The notes beneath the pieces were generated by a model, which did not search any database, was not told where the DNA came from, and was given only the letters and a program-made list of their open reading frames with translations. Positions 8,839 through 16,742 of a stretch of DNA of 32,000 bases are shown here, one piece after another (positions within the stretch are counted from its first letter, which is position 1; the number at the start of each line of letters is the position of its first letter). The position numbers and the translations under genes were made by a program. Source of the stretch: Cylindrospermopsis raciborskii Cr2010 (GTDB taxonomy: Bacteria > Cyanobacteriota > Cyanobacteriia > Cyanobacteriales > Nostocaceae); assembly GCF_003367075.2 (NCBI RefSeq), contig NZ_CP065936.1, positions 2,340,001-2,372,000 on the forward strand. Reading direction: 5' to 3'.

Positions 8839-10305
8839 TTAATTTGATTCTGCCCAGGTTTTTGCCCAATTTAATGTTTGGTGAACTTGTTCTATGGTAG
8901 ATGCTTCACAGTAAAGTCTTAAAACTGGTTCAGTGCCACTAAATCGAATCATCAACCAACTTTCATCCGCAAGACGAAATTTATAACCATCTATGGTCTG
9001 ACAATCAATGACTTTTTTACCGGCAATTTCTGTTAATTTCTGAGTTTTTAGTTGTTGTAGTAATCTATCGCGGATCTGCATACTTGCCAATGGTAAATCT
9101 ATCCGATCATAAGCAGAGAAGAAATTATTCTTTTCCTGTAATTGCTGATAATATTCACCCAAATCTAAACCAGAATCCACAACTGCTTCTAATACGTACA
9201 ATGCAGATAATAGAGCATCCCGCTCAGGAATGTGGCTACCATAACCAATCCCCCCGGATTCTTCACCACCTAATAAAACTTCTGTCATCAACATTCTATC
9301 AGCAATGTATTTATAACCAACAGCAGTTTCAAATATTGATAAACCTAGGGATCTGGCTACACTGGGAATTAAGTCAGACCCACTGACGGTTTTGACAATT
9401 TCTCCGGTAAAATTGCGTCTGGTTTTTAGGTGATCTATCAAAATTGGAATCAATATCTGAGAACTTAGAAAATTGCCATTTCTATCCAACGCCGCAATGC
9501 GATCGCCATCTCCATCAAATACTAAACCAACCGTTAATGTTGACCGATTTTGTTGGTGATGAATTTCTGTATAATTTTTAATTTCAGCTGAAATTTCAGA
9601 AATATATTTAGGCAAAGGTTCTGGTGGTTTTCCGCCAAATAGGGGATCTCGATTGCCATTAATTTCTTTCACTTTTTGCCCTAATAGCCTCCCCAAACCA
9701 CTAGCTGCTGCACCATGCATCACATCAACAAATAGTGTTAATTTATCCGAGGATATTGCTTCCTGAATTGCCTCAATATTCACTTTCTTTGCCAATGCTT
9801 GACAATAACTTATCCAGGGATCAAACGTCTCTTCTTTTCCTAGATTACCTACTGGGGAAAATTCTACAGTTAATAATCTTTCTATTTCCTGAGTAACTTC
9901 TGGAGGGACTGAACCCCCAAAAGCACTCTTGACTTTTAACCCCAAATAGGAGCCAGGGTTATGACTAGCTGTGATCACTAAAGCTCCCAAAGCATTAAAA
10001 TCTTTAGCAGCCCAACTAAAAGCAGGTGTTGGTGCATAGTCCTGACTAAATAGAACATCAAATCCTAAAGCTTTAATAGCATCAGCCACAACGCGGGCAA
10101 AATTTTCCGCCATAAAGCGACGGTCATATCCGACTACAATGGTACGGCTACCGGTCAGGGAATAATATGTATTATATAACACTTTAGCTGCTACGGAAGC
10201 AACTAAAGTCAGACGTTCAAAAGTAAACTCATCAGCGATTACTCCTCGCCATCCATCAGTACCAAACTTGATAGGACTAAGAAGCATATTGGTTAATATG
10301 GGCAT
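8839..10305 (-). CDS. Phosphoglucomutase/phosphomannomutase family protein (alpha-D-phosphohexomutase)
   Basis: 488 aa. It has the catalytic serine loop TASHNPGSYLGLKV, the metal loop FDGDGDR and the sugar loop GGEESGG. Confidence 0.85.
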   Translation of the reverse strand: MPILTNMLLSPIKFGTDGWRGVIADEFTFERLTLVASVAAKVLYNTYYSLTGSRTIVVGYDRRFMAENFARVVADAIKALGFDVLFSQDYAPTPAFSWAAKDFNALGALVITASHNPGSYLGLKVKSAFGGSVPPEVTQEIERLLTVEFSPVGNLGKEETFDPWISYCQALAKKVNIEAIQEAISSDKLTLFVDVMHGAAASGLGRLLGQKVKEINGNRDPLFGGKPPEPLPKYISEISAEIKNYTEIHHQQNRSTLTVGLVFDGDGDRIAALDRNGNFLSSQILIPILIDHLKTRRNFTGEIVKTVSGSDLIPSVARSLGLSIFETAVGYKYIADRMLMTEVLLGGEESGGIGYGSHIPERDALLSALYVLEAVVDSGLDLGEYYQQLQEKNNFFSAYDRIDLPLASMQIRDRLLQQLKTQKLTEIAGKKVIDCQTIDGYKFRLADESWLMIRFSGTEPVLRLYCEASTIEQVHQTLNWAKTWAESN

Positions 10306-10331
10306 GGATATAAGCTATAATTTCTAATCTT

Positions 10332-10982
10332 TTAGATTTTATCAGCTACCTGAGCAATGGCCAATGGTAAGATCCGGTGTTCCTGAACTTGGATTCTCGC
10401 ATGTAGGGTTTCTGCTGTATCGTTTGGCAATACTGGAACTGCAGCTTGCATCAAAATTGGACCGCTGTCCATTTCTAATCTCAGCAGGTGAACTGTACAA
10501 CCTGTTATTTTTACACCTGCTTCTAAGGCTTGCTCTACAGCTCTAACACCTTTAAAACTAGGTAATAAACTGGGGTGGATATTAATAATGTGATTCGGAA
10601 AAGCATCTATTAGTTCTTGGGTAACTAAACGCATCCAACCGGCCATAACTACTAAATCAACTCGATATTGGCGTAGAGTGCTGACAATTTCCCGATCCAA
10701 ATCTTCTCGCTTTTGGTAATGACGATGATTGAGCAATATTGCTTCTACTCCATGATTGAGAGCCCTTTCTGCTGCTTTTGCTAGGGGATTATTATAAATT
10801 AAAACTTGAATTTGGGCATTAAGATCCCCCGATTTGATTGCTTGAGCAACCACCTCAAAATTGCTCCCATTCCCAGAGGCCATGACTCCTAATTTTACAG
10901 GTTTTATGTCATGGGACTGGTAACCTGAAACATCAGGGGAAATTAGACTAGAGGTGCTATTCATGGAGTAAGATTGAATCAT
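10332..10982 (-). CDS. purN: Phosphoribosylglycinamide formyltransferase
   Basis: Motifs present are LGVMASGNGSNFE and INIHPSLLPSFKG. The start is uncertain: the ORF track opens at 11048, but that would overlap the divergent permease. Internal Met codons at 10982 or 10964 are more plausible. Confidence 0.85.
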   Translation of the reverse strand: MIQSYSMNSTSSLISPDVSGYQSHDIKPVKLGVMASGNGSNFEVVAQAIKSGDLNAQIQVLIYNNPLAKAAERALNHGVEAILLNHRHYQKREDLDREIVSTLRQYRVDLVVMAGWMRLVTQELIDAFPNHIINIHPSLLPSFKGVRAVEQALEAGVKITGCTVHLLRLEMDSGPILMQAAVPVLPNDTAETLHARIQVQEHRILPLAIAQVADKI

Positions 10983-11018
10983 AAAGTTACTGATATTCTC
11001 CCGGTCAACAAGATTATC

Positions 11019-11906
11019 ATGAAAAGATGGCGGTTTTCCCTCAGTCAACTCTTAGATAATCATACCATTGCTGCTTGGACTTTTCTAGCTCCGGCGCTGG
11101 TATTATTAGGTTTGTTTATAATTTGGCCAATTGTCTATTTATTTTATCTGAGTTTCACTGCTGGTAGTTTTACGTCTAAGGGTATTTATTGGGTAGGTTT
11201 GAAGAACTACTGGCGTCTGTTATTAAATTCGGATTTTTGGCAGGTCTTATTTAACACTGCCTATTTCACTTTGGGTACGGTGATTCCCAGTTTAGTAATT
11301 CCCCTAGGGTTAGCAGTATTATTAAATCGTGTGCTACCTTGGCGGGGAATTTTACGTAGTTTCTATTTTTTACCTTCTATTATTTCTTTGGTTGCTGCTG
11401 GTTTAGGTTTTCGTTGGTTGTTTCAGAATACTGGTCCTGTAAATGGAATGTTGGAGTTTTTTGGGTTTCCTCCCATATCTTGGTTAGGTGATACTTTTTG
11501 GGCCATGCCAGTTTTAATTTTGTTTAGTATTTGGAAGCAAATTGGTTTCAACATGGTGGTTTTTTTAGCTGGTTTACAAGCCATTTCATCAACTCTTTAC
11601 GAAGCAGCAGAGCTGGACGGAGCAGGTGACTGGCAACAGTTTTGGCATATTACTTTGCCAGGACTAAGACCAACTTTAATTTTTGCTACTGTCACCACTT
11701 CTATTTTCACATTTCGCAGTTTTGAGCCTGTTTATGTAATTACTGGTGGCGGTCCTTTAAATTCTACTAATTTGTTGGTTTACTACACCTATCAAGAAGC
11801 TTTTGCCCAATTTGATTTCGGTTATGCTGCTGCAGTTGCTAGTGTTTTATTAGTAATAACCCTCCTACTAGTTTACTTTCAATTACAAACTTGGGGAAGG
11901 GGGTAA
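11019..11906 (+). CDS. Carbohydrate-type ABC transporter permease (MalF/UgpA-like), no partner genes adjacent
   Basis: It has six predicted TM segments and the EAA loop YEAAELDGAGDWQQFWHITLPGLRP. I chose the start at MKRWRFSL (11019), since the longer ORF from 10974 overlaps purN. Confidence 0.85.
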   Translation: MKRWRFSLSQLLDNHTIAAWTFLAPALVLLGLFIIWPIVYLFYLSFTAGSFTSKGIYWVGLKNYWRLLLNSDFWQVLFNTAYFTLGTVIPSLVIPLGLAVLLNRVLPWRGILRSFYFLPSIISLVAAGLGFRWLFQNTGPVNGMLEFFGFPPISWLGDTFWAMPVLILFSIWKQIGFNMVVFLAGLQAISSTLYEAAELDGAGDWQQFWHITLPGLRPTLIFATVTTSIFTFRSFEPVYVITGGGPLNSTNLLVYYTYQEAFAQFDFGYAAAVASVLLVITLLLVYFQLQTWGRG

Positions 11907-13025
11907 TTCTGCGGAAACATCTTCACTAGAGCTGTAAATTTCAATTCCTAATTTAGAAGCTATGGAATTGGCACTGGGGTGAACCATGGGTGAAATTACA
12001 ATCTTTCTCGTAGCTTGTCTTTGATGTTGTTGCTGATAAAAGTCTACTTTCCGGTAAAACGTGTACAAGTCAGCTTTGCTTACGGATGATTTGATCTCAC
12101 AAATGATTAGTTCCCCATTTCTGATAATCAAATCCAGTTCCACTTGGTCTGGTCTACCAAATACTATTCCTTGATCATCATACTCCACTATATTCAAAAC
12201 TTCTACGCCAAAAGACTCTTCTAAGATTGCTTTTAGACCATTACGAAACGAGGACTCAGAACATAGGCCCCACCGTGAACCGAGTCCGCTAATAGCAATG
12301 TCATGCTTACGACTCATGCGATCTATTGCTGCGATAACTCGGTCAAATTCCTGTCTGTTTTCATTCCATTTACCAGTTTGCTCATCCCACTTACGAGCTT
12401 GTTCCTGACGGTCAAGTTCCAGTTCCCGTTTGTTTTCATCCCACTTACGAGCTTGTTCCTGACGGTCAAGTTCCAGTTCCCGTTTGTTTTCATCCCACTT
12501 ACGAGCTTGTTCCTGACGGTCAAGTTCCATTTGGGTGATGACCTGGTCAAATTCTCGTCTGTTTTCATCCCATTTGCGAGCTTGTTCCTGACGGTCAAGT
12601 TCCATTTGGGCGAATACTCGGTCAAATTCCTGTTTGTTTTCATCCCATTTGCGAGCTTGTTCCTGACGGTCAAGTTCCATTTGGGCGAATACTCGGTCAA
12701 ATTCCTGTTTGTTTTCATCCCATTTGCGAGCTTGTTCCTGACGGTCAAGTTCCAGTTCCTGTTTGTTTTCATCCCACTTACGAGCTTGTTCCTGACGGTC
12801 AAGTTCCAGTTCCCGTTTGTTTTCATCCCACTTGCGAGACTGCTCTTCCCTATCCCGTCGTATTTCCCCCAATACTAAATCAAAGTGACTTTCCGTCTCC
12901 AAGCTTCCAGCAAAATAGCTGGAAATTGCCCTCACCAGCAAATCCCGCACTTCCACATCCTCTTGTATTAATGCAGGTAACTGTTGTTTTAGGAGCTGTT
13001 TAAAATCCATATCATTTATGGTCAT
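11883..13025 (-). CDS. DUF3782-like protein: helical N-terminus, expanded KWDEN tandem repeats, PD-(D/E)XK-like C-terminal domain
   Basis: 380 aa. Residues 58 to about 237 are repeats of DRQEQARKWDENK(R/Q)ELEL (18 aa) and DRQEQARKWDENKQEFDRVFAQMEL (25 aa). The C-terminus GRPDQVELDLIIRNGELIICEIKSSVSKADLYTFYRK fits a D...E.K restriction-endonuclease-like core. It resembles a paralogous family common in Nostocales, recalled from memory. Confidence 0.7.
   Translation of the reverse strand: MTINDMDFKQLLKQQLPALIQEDVEVRDLLVRAISSYFAGSLETESHFDLVLGEIRRDREEQSRKWDENKRELELDRQEQARKWDENKQELELDRQEQARKWDENKQEFDRVFAQMELDRQEQARKWDENKQEFDRVFAQMELDRQEQARKWDENRREFDQVITQMELDRQEQARKWDENKRELELDRQEQARKWDENKRELELDRQEQARKWDEQTGKWNENRQEFDRVIAAIDRMSRKHDIAISGLGSRWGLCSESSFRNGLKAILEESFGVEVLNIVEYDDQGIVFGRPDQVELDLIIRNGELIICEIKSSVSKADLYTFYRKVDFYQQQHQRQATRKIVISPMVHPSANSIASKLGIEIYSSSEDVSAELPPSPSL
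12315..12854 (-). repeat. In-frame tandem repeat array (54-nt and 75-nt units) inside the DUF3782-like gene
   Basis: Near-identical DNA units, for example catcccacttacgagcttgttcctgacggtcaagttccagttcccgtttgtttt (54 nt), are repeated. Three 75-nt variants sit in the middle. There are about 8 units in total. Confidence 0.9.
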
Positions 13026-13088
13026 GATATGTACACATCATTAACTACAGTACCATTATACCACAGGTCCACAGATTTGATACTCCTT

Positions 13089-13886
13089 CTAAAATTCTTT
13101 TCGAGAAAAGATGAAAATGGCGATCGCCAATAGCATCAAACTATAGGTTAATCCATAACCTGCATTACTGAATAAGGTGATAGTGTCAGGTATGGCTTCC
13201 CATCCATAAACGACATCATTTTTTAGATCCAGGCGGGACAAATCCGGCAGAGTTAGATATAAAATAGTAACAATATTTACAATAAACGGGTTTTCACCCG
13301 CACGTACCAGGTTGACTAGGTCGGTAGTAGTGTTACCTATTAAGTAGATAGCAATTGAAAGGAAAGTAGCTAGTAAGGTACTAGTGAATACTCCCAAAGT
13401 TATGGCAACGGTGGTGATTAAACTTAACTGTAAAAATAAGAATATCACCGCTAAAATGATTGTATATGGATTGTAGGTAATTTTCTGAAATTGCAAAAAT
13501 CCTAGGTAAATGATTGTCATACATGTCAGAAGTAAGAGCAATACCCCACATAAACCTAAGTATTTACTGATAATCAATTGACCACGGCTAATTGGTTTAG
13601 CAAGAATGGTCAGGATTGTCCTTTTTTCTATTTCCTGATTCATCGTGCTAGTACCAATAAATACTGCTACAATCAAACCGATAATGTTCATTATTCCCAA
13701 ACCCGCATCCAAAAAGATTTTGTCTTGGGTTGCTGGTGCAAATTGAAAAATCACTTGGTTAGCAGGGATAAGAATAACTGCGTAAAAACCTAGGATATAT
13801 AGAAGGCGATCTCTCACTACTTGTTGGAGTAGACTTTTGGCTATAACAAGGGTTGTAATAATGTTCATCTTGGGGATAGTTGTCAC
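13089..13886 (-). CDS. fraE: ABC-2-type permease-like membrane protein, FraE-like
   Basis: 265 aa and polytopic. It is third in a minus-strand triplet of 181, 336 and 265 aa. This mirrors the Anabaena PCC 7120 fraC-fraD-fraE operon (about 179, 343 and 263 aa, with fraE permease-like). Confidence 0.6.
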   Translation of the reverse strand: MTTIPKMNIITTLVIAKSLLQQVVRDRLLYILGFYAVILIPANQVIFQFAPATQDKIFLDAGLGIMNIIGLIVAVFIGTSTMNQEIEKRTILTILAKPISRGQLIISKYLGLCGVLLLLLTCMTIIYLGFLQFQKITYNPYTIILAVIFLFLQLSLITTVAITLGVFTSTLLATFLSIAIYLIGNTTTDLVNLVRAGENPFIVNIVTILYLTLPDLSRLDLKNDVVYGWEAIPDTITLFSNAGYGLTYSLMLLAIAIFIFSRKEF

Positions 13887-13929
13887 CTGTTAATTGATGA
13901 TAATTCTGAAGTACATGGGAATGTTTTGC

Positions 13930-14940
13930 CTACTGTTGTGCTGGTGGCGAACCTCTAAAAAATTTCGTTTTGCGATCGCATTTAATTTTTGCCTTCACAT
14001 TTTTATTATCGGTGGTGTACTCGGAAGCAATTGGTTCAATGTAACAAGATTTGCGTAAATAAAACCCCTTTTTACTATCAGTCGGTCCTTGCCAAATACT
14101 GAGAAGATCTAATCGGTAACCTGATTTGATATTAACCACACGAGGTTCGATTTTCCATAGTCCCTTCTCTTCAAATTCTCGCAGGTTTTTATTAATCATT
14201 ATTTTTCCTAAGTTACCCACTTGTTGATTAGCCTCCAATAGCCACCTTTCTACTTCTGACCAAGGTCTATTAGTGATTTGCTGTAGAATTAGTGGTTCAA
14301 TTCTATTTAAAATTACATTCCCCGGTTCTGGTTTGCTTGCTTTTGGTTCAAATTTAATTACAAAATTGCTGCGTTGAAAACTCTGTGCAGATAAACTGGG
14401 ATATTCTTTTAACCATTTATCTGTGACAAAGTTAAATTGCAACCAGCAACTAATTAACATTGACCAACTTAGCAGCAAAATGATTTTTTGTCTGACTTCC
14501 AACTTAGGGAGAGTTGCTTTTGGCGATATGCCATCCCCCGTAAAAAACTGTGGTAATGCTGTAATTATGGCAGCAATTGTGGGCCATAAAACTATGGTTC
14601 TGACCGTGATTGCGTTTTCTCCATGTCCAAAGGCAAATACACTAAATATAAATCCTGTCAACAAAGCACCCACAGGCATAAAAGTTCCTGGGACTCTTAC
14701 GGGAGAATCTGTTGTATACCAAGCGGTTCCGGTGAATAAAAATATCCAACCCGTAAAAGCAATAATATCTTTGATTATACCGGTGGCTAGATATGAAATT
14801 CCCCAAGAGAAAATACTTAGATATATAAACGTCTGCCAAGAAAAAGATCTGGGGGGCATTAATAGTTTCTGAATGCCTAAAAACAGATCTTTAATAAATG
14901 TGAATAACTGGATGATTTCTTTCAATAATGGAAAGTTCAT
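13930..14940 (-). CDS. fraD: Septal junction / filament integrity protein FraD-like
   Basis: 336 aa. The N-terminal part has multiple TM helices and the C-terminal half is soluble. Its position and size match fraD between fraC and fraE. Confidence 0.6.
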   Translation of the reverse strand: MNFPLLKEIIQLFTFIKDLFLGIQKLLMPPRSFSWQTFIYLSIFSWGISYLATGIIKDIIAFTGWIFLFTGTAWYTTDSPVRVPGTFMPVGALLTGFIFSVFAFGHGENAITVRTIVLWPTIAAIITALPQFFTGDGISPKATLPKLEVRQKIILLLSWSMLISCWLQFNFVTDKWLKEYPSLSAQSFQRSNFVIKFEPKASKPEPGNVILNRIEPLILQQITNRPWSEVERWLLEANQQVGNLGKIMINKNLREFEEKGLWKIEPRVVNIKSGYRLDLLSIWQGPTDSKKGFYLRKSCYIEPIASEYTTDNKNVKAKIKCDRKTKFFRGSPPAQQ

Positions 14941-14968
14941 AATTTTTACCTAGGGAGAGTGGTAGATT

Positions 14969-15514
14969 TTAACTTCTTTTAAGAAAGTCCCGTGCTAAAA
15001 TAAGTAGGCTAATGGCGGTATAGCTGATTGTATTAGCTATGAGGATGGTCGTAATCAGGTTATTATTTTGCATTTTCAGCTTTTGTTTCGCCAGACTCTT
15101 TTCTCTTTGGGTCATTTCTGCCAAGTTTAACTGATTCCTACCCTCACGCAAAATAATCATTAGTATTTTTAAAAACAGGGTCTCAATTAGAAAAGTCCCC
15201 AGGAAAATCACAAACCCTATGAGAAACAGATTAGTTTTGAGATTACCTTGAAAAGTGTTAAAGAATACATAGCTCATCAGTTCCGATTTCACCTTGACGG
15301 GTAGGATTGGTTCCAGCAAGAAAAAAATGTTCCAACCCAGAACGGTAGAGAGGACGTTGATCGCCATAGCGTAAAAAACACTGGTCTTTTTGTCAAATTT
15401 GATTGCTCTGTGGAGAATATAGGACTCTATCGGAATAGCAACCAGCAAAAATAAAGTTTGAAAGACAATAGTACCCACCGGGAGGACTTTGGGTAGTGAT
15501 AATTCATCAAGCAT
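14969..15514 (-). CDS. fraC: Filament integrity protein FraC-like
   Basis: 181 aa. It is a Phe-rich membrane protein (15 Phe) with 3-4 TM helices, and it is first in the fraCDE-like triplet. FraC of Anabaena is described as a 179-aa Phe-rich membrane protein. Confidence 0.65.
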   Translation of the reverse strand: MLDELSLPKVLPVGTIVFQTLFLLVAIPIESYILHRAIKFDKKTSVFYAMAINVLSTVLGWNIFFLLEPILPVKVKSELMSYVFFNTFQGNLKTNLFLIGFVIFLGTFLIETLFLKILMIILREGRNQLNLAEMTQREKSLAKQKLKMQNNNLITTILIANTISYTAISLLILARDFLKRS

Positions 15515-15605
15515 AAGACACTGTGTGGATGGTTAAAAACTCATGGAACAACCATTCAATATAATAGAATATACATAACTTGGGAGAAAATGGCTAGAAA
15601 AGAAG

Positions 15606-16742
15606 ATGACAAGAAATGGAATCGGTATTCTGACAGCACAAGCACGGTCAGAACGACTGACAGGTCAAATTCACGTTTATGATGGTGCAGGAAAGGGTAA
15701 ATCTCAAGCTGCTTTAGGGGTGGTTTTGCGCTCTATTGGCCTGGGTATCAATACCAAGAGCAATTGTAATCGCGTTTTGCTATTACGGTTTTTGAAAGGA
15801 CCAGGAAGAGATTATGACGAGGATGGAGCGATCGCAGCTTTACAAAGGGGTTTCCCTCATTTGATTGACCAGGTGCGTACGGGTAGGGCTGAGTATTTCG
15901 GACATGATGAAATTACTCCCTTTGACCGAGCAGAAGCAGCAAGGGGTTGGGATGTGGCTAAGGGGGCTCTTGCTTCTGACCTTTATTCCGTGGTGGTTCT
16001 GGATGAAATTAACCCGGTTTTAGATTTGGGACTGCTCCCGGTTCAAGAGGTCGTAGAAACCTTAAAATCTAAACCTCAAGAACTGGAAATTATTACTACA
16101 GGTCGAGCAGCTCCACAACAATTACTGGATATTGCTGACCTGCACTCGGAAATGAAACCCCACCATCATCCTCAAGCAGCAGAATTACTCTTGGATGGTA
16201 TAGAAATTTATACTGGTTCAGGAAAAGGTAAGTCTACTAGTGCCTTGGGTAAGGCTCTAAAATCAATCGGTAGGGGAATTAATCACCCCGGTTCCGCCCG
16301 TGTATTGATTATGCAATGGTTGAAAGGTGGTACTGGATATACTGAAGATGCAGCGATCGCCGCTTTACAGCAATCCTATCCCGATGTGGTAGATCACTTA
16401 CGCTGTGGTCGGGATGCGATCGTGTGGCGCAATTCTCGACAACATTTGGACTATGTGGAAGCAGAACGAGGTTGGGAAATTGCCAAAACTGCGATCGCAT
16501 CTGGGGTGTATAAAACTATCATTCTTGATGAACTAAATCCCACGGTTGACCTTGAGTTACTCTCCGTAGAGCCTATCCTACAAGCCCTATTGCGTAAACC
16601 TAAAGGTACGGAAATCATTATTACTGGGCGTTGTCAAAATCAACCAGCCTATTTTGATTTAGCCAGTATTCATTCTGAGGTTTATTGTCATAAGCATTAC
16701 GCAAACCAGGGAGTAGAATTAAAAAGAGGGGTAGATTTTTAA
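15606..16742 (+). CDS. Tandem-domain CobA/CobO/BtuR-like P-loop protein (cob(I)yrinic acid a,c-diamide adenosyltransferase family)
   Basis: 378 aa with two homologous halves. Each half has a GxGKGKS P-loop (VYDGAGKGKSQAALG; IYTGSGKGKSTSALG), an LDE(I/L)NP segment and an ITGR segment. Confidence 0.7.
   Translation: MTRNGIGILTAQARSERLTGQIHVYDGAGKGKSQAALGVVLRSIGLGINTKSNCNRVLLLRFLKGPGRDYDEDGAIAALQRGFPHLIDQVRTGRAEYFGHDEITPFDRAEAARGWDVAKGALASDLYSVVVLDEINPVLDLGLLPVQEVVETLKSKPQELEIITTGRAAPQQLLDIADLHSEMKPHHHPQAAELLLDGIEIYTGSGKGKSTSALGKALKSIGRGINHPGSARVLIMQWLKGGTGYTEDAAIAALQQSYPDVVDHLRCGRDAIVWRNSRQHLDYVEAERGWEIAKTAIASGVYKTIILDELNPTVDLELLSVEPILQALLRKPKGTEIIITGRCQNQPAYFDLASIHSEVYCHKHYANQGVELKRGVDF

Noticed and set aside
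12303-12878. 191-aa + strand ORF and 167-aa minus-strand ORF (12323-12826) overlapping the DUF3782-like gene
   Set aside because: Both are alternative-frame read-throughs of the 54/75-nt tandem repeat. The repeats keep all frames open. Their peptides are low-complexity, and only the 11883-13025 frame has non-repetitive, family-like termini.
14423-14872. Antisense ORFs inside fraD-like, histidine kinase and helicase genes (14423-14872, 17751-18224, 23685-24095, 9084-9386 and others)
   Set aside because: They are shadow ORFs opposite well-supported genes. Their peptides are S/T/P/L-rich and low in complexity, without motifs.
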